A stretch of 64,000 nucleotides of DNA from Cenococcum geophilum (lineage: Eukaryota). Below are positions 1 through 11,135 of the stretch, in pieces; position 1 is the first letter of the stretch, and every line of letters starts with the position of its first letter. Where the stretch lies: contig CP158636.1 of assembly GCA_050273025.1 (NCBI GenBank), positions 12,028,001-12,092,000 of the forward strand. Direction: 5' to 3'. Both the position numbers and the translations under genes were made by a program. The notes under the pieces were generated by a model that saw only the letters and a list, made by a program, of their open reading frames with translations, made no database searches and was not told the origin of the DNA.

Positions 1-2480
1 CGACGCATCATTGCCAAGCGCCAAGTATCGGCATCAACATGGCCCCTTCGCTTGTTCTGGCAGTTGATATTAGCTTGATTTCCGAACTTAATTACAAATA
101 ATCACAAACTCACCATGTCTAGAGTGACGAATTCGCGGAATATTTGCACTCGGGTTGTAAAGGGAATGAAAAAGGGCATGTTTTGAAGGATTTCTAAGCG
201 AGGTGCAACAGCCTGTAGATAGCGCCTCCTTGAAGCCTTTCGCTGCTGCCGCTGGAGTCGTTCGAGTCGTCGAGCCTGTTGGGTCCGACTAGTGCCTATA
301 AGTTGTGGAGAAGCTTCGTAGTCTTCATCATCATCGTCCTTGTTTATGTCTTCAGCGTCTTCTTCCTCAATTCTGTGTCTGCTCTCCTCTTCTTGGACGA
401 CAGATGGAATAAAGCCTCCCATGTCAAATCTTGAGGTCATTAGCCAGTGGTCAGTTGGTAAAAACTTACGACGAGAGTCACGCTCGTAGACCATGCGAAG
501 AAGACCAGTGACAAGGCCTTTGACATAGTCAATGCTTAAGCCTGCCACACCACCCACTGAGGGTTCAGTTGGTTTTGGCTCCGGTTGTGATAACTCGGAA
601 ATTCGTCGAGCGCTGCTAGAGAAACTAAAACCGCTAATACTAGCACTACTTGAATCACGTTCTTCCGTGCTGGCAATATCGGAGGCGTTAAAATATAGCG
701 TGAACCCGAGATTCTTCAGGAAAGTCGTCAAGGCCTTTACTTCTCCAAGCGGTAAGGCATTTTCACGGGTCATAGTAGAGCTTACGGGAGAAGTTCTTGT
801 GAAATCTATATTTCCACCGGAGAAAAACTCCTCATCGTCCGTGACTTTGAGTACGAATGTATAGAGTTCCAGAAAGACAAGGATTACTCTCCATTCATCT
901 TCAACCAATGAGGTTGTGTCCCGATCCGAATACGGGGTTTTCCAACCATGCTTTGTCCCTGGGCCTTTTGGTTTAAGAAAATTGATAGCTGCACGGGAAT
1001 CTCGAGTGATCGAGTTAAATACTGATGAGTTTTTTGTGGCCTGCCAGAAGTACTTGATGGCAGGTAAGCTCTTCGACGGCCCGTCAGAGCTGGAAGACGT
1101 AGGACCAAGGTATAGCCACATCCGTATTTCATCCCCCCGGCGAGGAAAGAAGCGAAGTAGGGCGAGGGCATAGTTTGCCAGTTGCCTAGCCTCCTCAACT
1201 TTGTCTTCTCCTGATGCCGACGCTGTTCGTGAGGAACTCGACAACAAGCTGCCAACGCTCTCTTGATTAACCAGGGACATGATCTGTTCTCGCACAAATT
1301 CGTTGATTGAAAGCTCGTATGATGGCGAAATCTCATCCGTTTGATCAGCGTCATGTATCTGACCGTCAATGATATTGTTTGGCAAGGAATTGAGGAGTGA
1401 CGAGACCACGGAAACGAAATCTTTGTGCGAGGAGTAAGCTTGCGGGCTGTGGAAGTCATGAACATAACGGTGAAAGTATATGAAGCAACCCAAAAGTCGG
1501 GCTCGATTTCGGCTCTCGACCAACTCTGGATAAGCAACAAAGCTCGAGGTTTTGAGTAGAGTGACTAATGCGCTCGCAAGAAGTTTATAATTAACACGGT
1601 CTGCCAGTGAGTTAAGCAAGCTGTTCACTGGAGTTGGAGACGTAGAATTATTTTGTTGAGTGAGCACTGGAATAACCATGAAAGTACATGCAAAAGCCTC
1701 ATATGCATTGAGTGTATATCCAGTGACCGTTTTCATAGGTGACATTGTTGTCTCCATAATGAGGGTTAAAGGCGCCGCTCCGGCACCAGGAAAACCCAGG
1801 TCGTCTGCTGGTTGGCGCCATGTCGATGAAGTCTTTTGCGCCACCATCGCGATAGTGCGATAGAATTGCTTCGCGTTTTGAGCTGTTTCAGTAGGAATCT
1901 GCCCGGCCAAGAAGTTGAGGATGACCATAAGCACGTTACAGCTACTCCAGTCACAATTACGTGATCGTAAACGATGCTCCAAAATTGGCAAGACTAATCT
2001 TTGCAGGCGAAGGTATGCTAACGGCCATGATCCACTGGAGCAATTAATCCCTTCGTTTTGGGTTGTGAGGATTTGACGATAGCCATAATGCTTTATTCTT
2101 CTGATATCTTCCTCAGTCCTCATCTGAGCAAACCTGAGAAGATATTGCAGTTGTCTTAAGGACTCGGCCCCCGAAGCATACGGGGTGGGAGTATTAGAAG
2201 TATGCTGGCCAGCGGATACTTGTTCCACAGCATCCCACTCGTGCCGCAGCCTGTTTTGAACTCTTTTTCGACAAGCATGTCCTCTCCATGTCCGTTGTAT
2301 AGTTTTGGCAGCTCCCAGTCTGTCGCGTTCACGCTGTCTCTGGAGACGTTCTTGATGGGCGCGATCCAAGGCTGCTTGGGACCCAGCGCCGGAGCCTACG
2401 GTTGTGTGCGGACTTGAATGACGACCAGAGAGATTCACCTGTCGGGGACGCCGCGAGCTTCCGCTGAAGGTCGAAAACAT
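1..2480 (-). CDS. HECT-type E3 ubiquitin ligase (UBE3B/C, Hul5-like) with N-terminal IQ motif; 5' part only, gene continues beyond window start
   Basis: 792-aa ORF. It starts MFSTFSGSSRRPRQVNLSGR, has an IQ-like AAKTIQRTWRG, and carries LYERDSRR-like (VYERDSRRKF) and ILQNMPFFIPFTTRVQIFREFV pre-HECT motifs. A GT-AG intron at 113-57 continues in frame as NKRRGHVDADTWR. Confidence 0.9.
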
Positions 2481-4243
2481 GTTAGCCCTAGAGGACAGTG
2501 ATCAGCGACGTGGTATTTACGAGGCGAGGTGAGGCGTTGATGGTAGTGATATAGGTCGCACCTAGAGTGAATAAGTAGTCGAGTCCAGGGAGGATTACAG
2601 ACGGGGCTACGTTAGGTTCTCCTAAGAGTGATACAGAGAGTATAAGCAGAACAGGAATGTTCTGGTGTTGGAGGAAGCCAAGCCGATAACGGCAGAAATG
2701 TTGAGTTCAAGGCGGAGACATGTGCGGTAAATGAATTAGAGCCGGGCGGCTCTCTTCGTGCGCCAGTAATAGGTTGGAGGTGGCGAAGTGAAGAGAAACA
2801 GGCAAATGGGTTTTTATCTTCGAGACACTTCTATACAGTAGTCGGTGACAGTCATCAAAGCGCACTATGTGCAGGCAGAGACGTGTCGGCAGCACGTTCC
2901 GAATCACCCTTGAGGATACATAGTTTATTCGGAGCGGGGAGCAGACATGCCCACACTCCGCAACTTAATCTTCTGCACCTACAAACACTACTAAAGTCGC
3001 CCCAGAAACTCTTACGGCCCTGATATATATAAACTTTAAAATGCACCTTTTTAATTACATGATCTCAATTTTGCAGATACATTTGATATAACGGACGCAC
3101 AGCCACTGTGTGACTCTCTCGGATATGTACTCTTTAGGGAAAACTACCCACCCATCTCAAAATACATGACGTACAAAGCCTTCTCCTTCATTGCAGGAGT
3201 ACCAGGGTTACTGGAACCTAGCCACTATGCGGCTTTAACATTTCATTCCGAGAAAGCATGCCTCTACCACTTACCAAGTCATAAAAATTCGTATGCTATA
3301 TCCTACTTCTTGAATCAAATATGCCTTATACTTCAAATCGGGTCCTCCAAGCCGTAAGATGAATGAAGTCAATGAATTAGCCCAGTCCAGCTACATATTA
3401 TCCCTTGCACGAGGAATCTTTCGAATCCAAATGCCGATGTTAATGGTCACCTTTGAGTTGAGGATTTATTATCTCTTTGGTAGGGATTTTCTGTCCAAAA
3501 CATCAATTCATCCCTGTCATGACTGTCCATTATAGAACAGGCGAAGAAGAACCATAACTCGGTTGCTGCCACCTGAGATCTTTGCCTGTTATCTATAGGT
3601 ATCTTTGTACACAACATGAATCTCTGGGCTAATATTTAGGAGGACAAGGCATGCCCAGGGCCTCAATCCTAGCAAGACACATCACAAACGCTATGAGGCT
3701 TCTTTTACTCCTCACCTTCAATCAAGATAGTTTAGGTTATCTGACTCTCTCTTTACTTTTCCATTCTTCTTCAACAAATTCATTGATAATATAGCGTCTC
3801 TTGACTACTTAATCACTACAGCACTCTCACCGCAGATCGTCCCTTTCTATGAACGCCTCACCTCTCACCGAGACTCTCTCCAAGCTAGTTCTTGAAGTTC
3901 CTCTTGACGTTAAACTCTACACTTTCAAAAGCAGCTTGAGCGATATCTACGATTTTCATATTCATCCTTATCTGCATTGCCTGCAGTCTTTTAATCAAAT
4001 TCAGTCCTCGAACGCCAATAGGTGAGCCAGAGGGCTTAGGGTTCACTCACAGCTCACATCACTTTCAATTTTTCATACCTTACAAGACCTTTGGCCTCAC
4101 CCTGGATAATTAAGCTGAAGTATCATTAATATTCTTGAAGGATTCAAGCTTCTATTCCACAGTCACAACACCCTTCTTTTCGACACTTAATATTGCTTAG
4201 CTCGCCAGCCTTACGCCGCAATTATATCTTACAAGATATTGCC

Positions 4244-5992
4244 ATGGAGACTACTGAAGCTAAAGCATTAAGGACGTCAAAAAATGCGGTAAACGGCGAG
4301 GAAGAGATTGAGCGAGAGAACAGACGAAATCAACTTCTTTCAAATAGTCCCCAACCAAACAGACACCCAGCTACGAATTCCATATTGGGGATGATTAACC
4401 AAGACCAAGTACCCTCCAGGTATCAAAGAGCAATAAGAGGGACGCTTGAAGAACCCATGAGCTCAAGCCTCCCGCAGATGAAGTACCAGGCTCTTCAAGG
4501 CAAGTAAATAGAATATCGCTTCAATCTCAGAACTGACTCGTCTACTCAGCAAGCCGCAAACTTGTCCCACTACTTCTTCTCCGCGGATACTCTCGAAAGG
4601 GGAAGCGTTCTACAAAGGGACATAGTTCCCAGAAGCTCCATCAGCCTGCCATGGATAAGCATTTAAGTCGAGATTGCCATGCGGAACTTCAAGATATGTC
4701 AGTTGGAGAGATGGTAGTAATGGTAGGCAATCACCTTCTTTGGAAAGATCGAAATCCAGATGAATTCATGTCATGGTCGATATCAATGCTGTTCGTCATT
4801 GAGCACGTTCTTGGAAGATCTCGGAAAGGGCAGATGGACTGTCACATCTGCGTGATTGACAGTAGGGAACTTACGACAGTGGCAACGAGCACATCCACGG
4901 CTGGACGCCCCACTTCCTTTTACCCGGGTTTGGAACTCTGGAAAGACCTCAACATCATAGACTGGAAGGGCTGGGGCAATCAGGACCTAGTTGGGCTACA
5001 TCCACGCAAGTTCACCCATGAGGTCTTGTCGCACGGTATTTCGCGGTGTGCGAGTAGCGCCTTTCGCCATGTCACCCTAGAAAAACTTCTCTCGAAAGGA
5101 CTCTTTGAAATGTATCCGGAATTCGTCATTCCTGATGGCAAGAAGAGCACAGGCCTATACGAGAGGTGTGTGGCGTTGCGTCAAGCACTTTTCCCTAGGG
5201 AAGATCAATCATCTCAGGACCTGGAATTTGTATCACCTTCATTCGAGAATTCTAGCGGAAACGGAGACCTGGAGTGGGGGACTAACGTGGTGCCTTTAAG
5301 CTCGGGGGCCAATTCCCTGTCGATATCGCAGAGAGAGATAGAATTGGCGACAGAAATGGCCAGTTGTTTTGCGAGCCGTCCAGCCAGGGGGTGTACTGCA
5401 AAAGCACCACTTCACATATTTCTAATGTTCCTAGGCCTACGCCGCCGGCCTCGTGGAGATCCTCTTCTCATACGGTGGATTAGCGAGCACTACTATCGTA
5501 AGTCACTTCTTGCCCATATAACTGATTTTACTTTCGTTGACATTGGAGACAGCTCAAGATCTTGAAGAATTTCTCTTCCCGGCATTTACGCACGTCGCCG
5601 ATAATCTTCCTGAGGTATCACAATATTTGGATCTTGTTCGCGATTCTTGTACTGCCCTAGGCGTGCAGATGATCCCTGACAATGTCGTTGAACACGGAAT
5701 CGGAACGGAACCCCGACACAGATTTCAAGCAGAGGACGACAGACTTATGCTGAAGGCACGTCTGTGCGAGATGGAGTCAGAGTATAATGATGATAAGAGA
5801 AAGGGGAAACACGGAAAGAACAATACAAAATCCAAACGCAGGAAATTGGACATAGACGGGGAGCTGGAAGCTCCCACGCAAGATCTGTCGTTACCTGTCG
5901 TTGACGAGTTGGCCCGAAAGGATGATGGGCTGATGGATGAAGAGCAAATGGGTCCCTCAACTAATTTGGAGACTGTCAAGGACCAGTCTTAA
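4244..5992 (+). CDS. Hypothetical protein, putative ADP-ribosyltransferase-like fold (R-S-E motif pattern), 3 exons
   Basis: Exons ~4244-4499, 4550-5497 and 5552-5992 join in frame via a GC-AG intron (4500-4549) and a GT-AG intron (5498-5551). Motifs PLLLLRGY, FMSWSISMLFV and THEVLSHG; basic KSKRRK NLS-like tail. Confidence 0.65.
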
Positions 5993-6919
5993 TGTAGAAG
6001 AGCAGACGCATATTGGGCGGATGCCGGGCCGGGACATCTACGGCATCATTAGTGAGATCATTCAGAGAAGGGCCTTTTATTTGGACAGACTTGCGAGCGC
6101 CTAAAAATGATTAACAAAGAGGAATTCACATATAATTTTTTGGGATTAGGTAAATCTTTCTTGAACAATTTTTAAGAATTATTTTCAAGATATAGAGGTA
6201 TTTGCAAACACTCCATAGGACTACCAAACAAGGAAGTTCGCGATGACTAAAACAGCCCTTTCCCTAAGAACATGTGTTGGCTTATAAAAATTCCACAAAA
6301 CGTGCAAATAGACGTCAGATGAAAGTCGACCCTTGATGACATCAGATATGTGTTTGATATACATGTTGTGTCTACTTCCCCTGGATGCAACTGAAGGGCA
6401 AACATTTAGATGTGGCGTAGGTGGGAATGAATAAACCAATCGAAAGTCTCATTGTTTAGTGAAGAATTTAGCATTAATTATTTGAGCGTATAATAAGAAG
6501 GTTGGTATGTGAGTGTTATTTCCGTCCCATGGCGATATTTCGGTGAGTATGGAAAGACGTGGAGCTTATCTCGGTAGCCGTGCAGCACATGCCACCTCAG
6601 CCACAAAGCTTGGCCATTATGACGTCGCGAAACAGCCCATCCTTGCAAACACGTCTAGTTTCCAGGCACAAGCACACTACTTCCGCCTTTGCAATCACAA
6701 CTCCATGCCGGAGTACACGCCCATTTGTCCATTTCCTCCCTCTTTCCATATTTTCAATGTAGGAAATACTAGATGCTTCGTATCTACTAGAACTGCTTTA
6801 ATTCAAGGGAGGAGCCTCAATTCCATAATTCGTACTCACAACTGGCGGAGCGACTTAATCACAATGTCACGGGGGAGGAAAAGGCGGACTACGATCGGTG
6901 CGTCGCAGAGGACAAGGGG

Positions 6920-8348
6920 AAACAAATTCGGACACCATGGCACCGAGAGGGTCCTGGCTAGCTCCTGGTTGTGAGGCAGAGGTCTGCGGGTGCAATGACA
7001 AAGGGTGAGTGCTTTCATAATTCCGCGCGCTTGACTATATCGAGGATGCTGTTATTGAGCACGCCTTAGCGTCCAATATTTGCTCCTATATCGCAGATTA
7101 TAAGGAGACGCTGACATTGTTCTAGGAAAGCTCCTCACCATTCCATCTCGTATGCTAAAACTCATTCTGCCTCTTACAACAATGGATGCAAATAGCGATT
7201 GGAGCCCCTCGTGCTCCTTGTACACCCTCAACAGCCACTTTCATACCCCGAGCGCCTTGTACAGCCCGAACTCCCTACCATAAAAGATGGCGACAAAGAG
7301 AAGATCCTGAACGTTTATTTTTGAGCGGAAGACTCGATGCCGGATACTATTGAGCCCGAAAAATCTACCCCAGTGGAAGATAGTGAAAATGAGGGCCCTG
7401 GGAAACCACGGGACGAAAAACACGACTTCGAGATGAAATGTGGATTGATGGCAAGAAGGAGCAGACTGGCAAGCTTAATCGCAAATCTCCCGATGAAGCG
7501 GCTGCTCTACGAGGTGGCCATGGTGAAGGTAGGGTAGAGTCGTACAGTGGATTGGGGCACGAGGCGCCGACTGATAAAAACGAGCAGCGGAAGTTTGTCT
7601 GAGGTCCAGCTCGACTGAGATTAGCGACCGACTTCATCCGTGATGCAGCGTGCGGGCAGGAATTCGCTATTGAAATTGAAGGTGCACCAAACGATATTGG
7701 GGTTGGCGTACCTAGCTTCAACGATAGGACATATTACTTGCGCAACGGCTACGGAACACGAGTAAGAAGATTTCCGCAATGGCAGATATCAAGCGTGAGT
7801 GTGGCCAATTAGCGCACGAAGGAGCACAGCGGGTCGCAATGGCGGGATTTGGGGTTCTTTGTGGCTGGTGGTATCTGGTTTATCGGTTGACGTTTGAAAC
7901 TGACAGGGTGGGAAGTAATGGAACCTGTGATAGTAAGGTCAAAACTTCAATTCTTGAAATACCTTGTCATTTGGTTGCTGGAGCTAATCGTTCTTTAATA
8001 TTTTAGTATCTCATGGGTCTCTCAACCTTGATAGGTGGCTACGTCTGTTCCTCTACCACAACCGCGAAGTGTCCTACCGCTCAGCTATGAATTTTACTAT
8101 CTCAAAACGCCAGTCGAAACTATGTGCTGCTAGAGGCTTCGATTTGCGTAAGTGGCAGGGGCTTATTGAAGAAGGAAATACGTTGCGAAGGGATATTAAG
8201 GCCGTCGCCAATGAGTATGATGTTGAGCGGGATGAGTTAGGACGAAAAAGACGAGAAGGCCTCACATGCACTGAGAAAGGAGAGAGAAAAGAAAAAGAAT
8301 GGAGGTGATAAGAAGCACGACAAGAAAGATGACGAGGATGATGATTAA
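6920..8348 (+). pseudogene. Mitochondrial calcium uniporter (MCU) pseudogene
   Basis: Recognisable fungal MCU segments: [113 protein letters not shown]. In-frame TAG at ~6959 and frameshifts at ~7905 and ~8047. The 5' end is uncertain. Confidence 0.85.
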
Positions 8349-8848
8349 GTGCATATATACGAATTCGGGGTGAGGCGGTACATATATAGCGGGTTGAATA
8401 TTTCACCTCGCGTTGCGAGGATACCCTTCGGTGTTGATGTAGCATATTATTAGGCTGTAGATACGTCATACGTACATATCTGGTCGTTCCGTAGAGCTGT
8501 GGAAGAGATCGGGACCGTTGCCATCAAAATCGTGTAATGTGCCGGACCAAGATTGTGATGTTAAGCACGATCTTCAAGCGAAGTCTCAACGTCTAAACCA
8601 CTTGGCCAACGACTCCAGATTTATAATCCCAAACTCCAGTCATAGTCGTCCACCATTTCATCGTAGTTTCAGCCCCAGGAAACAGAAAGAAAAACGCCAG
8701 GGGTATGCGTACAATGCTGCGAAAAGAACACCTGGGCGCGAATAGATCTACGTTGCTCAAAAACAAAACACAACCCACGGATATCAAGGTTGCACCCACC
8801 CATCCGTTTAAAAGGCTCCAAGAAGTTTGACGATGACCTTTCCTCACC

Positions 8849-10350
8849 TTACGAAGCGAATACCCGCACATTGAGATCCACACTGCCAGTGGCAATAACG
8901 CATCGAATATTAGCCTTTCCCCCAGGTTCATCTTTCTTCCCAGTGCCATTCAGGACAGCACCATTTGCATCGCCAGCGCCGTTTACCGGGGCGTCCTTGA
9001 TGACGCTTGGTGCCCATCGGATGCAACTAACGAAATGTCCGTGCGCATCTTCGATTGTCTTAACACATTTCCCTTCCTGCATAAGATCCCAGCAGCGTAT
9101 CGTCTTGTCATCCCCCGCACTAAGGAGATATTTCCCGCCAGGATGGAAGACCAGACCGCGGACCCAATTGTCATGTCCAACGAGGGTTTTGATGAGAGTA
9201 CCGCGACCGTCCCAAAGCTTTATCGTCTTATCTCGCGAGCCTGTCGCAATAAATTCGGCCGAGCTGCTGGCAGGCGGAGGCTTCTTGAGACCAGCAAGTG
9301 AGGATAGATGGGGATATGTAACTGGAGGAGCGAGGGCAACGCACTCTATAACGTGCTCGTGTCCCAAGAACGTGCATCTAGGCTCGCCAGAGCTGGCATC
9401 CCAAAGTCGAGCGGTCTGATCATTTCCTGCAGAAAGCAACCACCGCCCGTCGAAACTTGGCATCACATCTCTCACCCAATCAGAATGCCCTCTAATGGTC
9501 TTAACACAGTAGCCGGTGGTAACGTCCCAGATTCGCAGCGTTTTGTCTCGGGAGGCGGACACGAGTAGGTTGCCAGATGAAGGTGAGCCTGCAGCGCCAC
9601 TTGGTATAAATCGAATGGCGGATACGGAGTGGTCATGGCCGGGGAGGGTTCGAATATTCTTGTAATCGTCTGAGGGGTCCCACAACTTTATTGTGAGATC
9701 GCTCGAACACGAAGCAAGGAGAGTGCCGCCTCGAGGCCCACCAAAATCCACATCCAATACGCCTTTAGTATGGCCTTTGACTGTCCGCTCTAGCTCCCCC
9801 AGCTCCCAATCCCATATCTTAATCGTAGTGTCTTCAGATCCAGAAGCGAGCGATGAGAATATGGGATGGAAGGCTACGCAGGTTATAGGCTGTCGGTGGG
9901 ATTGCAGAGTATGGCGTGCGGGCGACCGGGGAAGCCAGCTTGTAGGGTCTTGGTTCCGCCGTAGCAGGGAAGTGGGTGTTGTGGAGTCGAGTTCATTCTG
10001 GAGACTTTGGTTGCGAGACTCAAGATCCATGATCTAGGTGGCGGTGAGCATGGTAACCCTCCAATATAGCCATCTTACGAGATGTACCTTCTTTTGTAAC
10101 CGCACGACGCTGGTCCATTTCTTCTCTAATAAGCCCTCATACTTCTTCTGAGTAGCGTCATCGAAACTGTCGCCAATGTTGAGTTCTTGCCTCAGAGATG
10201 CTGCAGTGTTTGGGAGGTTAGAGGACGAGAGGTATGCTATTATAGCCTTGTGACTGGAGTAAAATTAGCATGCCGGAATCCTCATGCTCTGGTTGTTGCT
10301 GGAATCTCTCACAGCTCCTCTGCTTGCCGCGATGTTAGGAGCTGGCTCAT
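8849..10350 (-). CDS. nudF: LIS1/NudF/Pac1 dynein regulator (LisH + coiled coil + WD40), 3 exons
   Basis: Exon 1 10350-10313 ([13 protein letters not shown]), exon 2 10253-10088 (HKAIIAYL...[16 protein letters not shown]), exon 3 10033-8849 (IMDLESR...[15 protein letters not shown], then WD40 repeats). Canonical GT-AG introns. Confidence 0.95.
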
Positions 10351-11135
10351 CGCGGCGACTGTAGGCGCATCTGGGGGGGCTCTAGTTGTTGCGCATGCAC
10401 AGGAAAATGCCTGGATAGCCGCTCTAAGGATCTCGCTGGAAGCTACTGCTACTATGCTTGTTTTGATTCAGGATACTTGAGAGTGTATCAAGACGGTGAC
10501 GGCTCTTGGCGGTGTCCAACAGGGGTTTTCCCAAGTGTTGGGGTTCAGTGGGCAGAGGCAAAATGGGCAGACTATTATAGCAGAAAGCACAAGAAGAAAC
10601 GATCCTGGAGTGTCTTAGATAGCGTATGAGATAGAGAGTAGTATTGGTGGGGTTGATGAGGGCTGCATGAATATTCACTGGGGTTTTCGATGTCTTCGCT
10701 CGGTTGCCCCCAAGATTTGTTGTTGAAAACAAACTTCCACCGTCATCACCACATCGACATACATACGTACATATCTCTTCCCAAGTACAACACCGCCTAC
10801 AACCTATTTTCGCTTCTTTCCCCTACCCTTCTTTAAGATCGCATAATTTGGCCCATCTGCGACAACCTTACACGCGCATTAACCGCAGACCTTATTTAAA
10901 TATCATTCTGGCACCCGCGCGATAGCAGTAAGTTAGGGATTGTGTTGCTCTTTCCTTCTATAGCGCAACACTATGGTATCGCTATCTTTTATGCGTTCCT
11001 ATTCAGCCTCTTCATACCGAGCTCCTTATTTCTTGCGCAACTATGTTAGCTGCTACTATTACTTCAGAGATGCGACTAACACAGCGTCTAGCTTTCTTTG
11101 CACCCGATAATCTTCATCACTCCAACCCCCACAAG

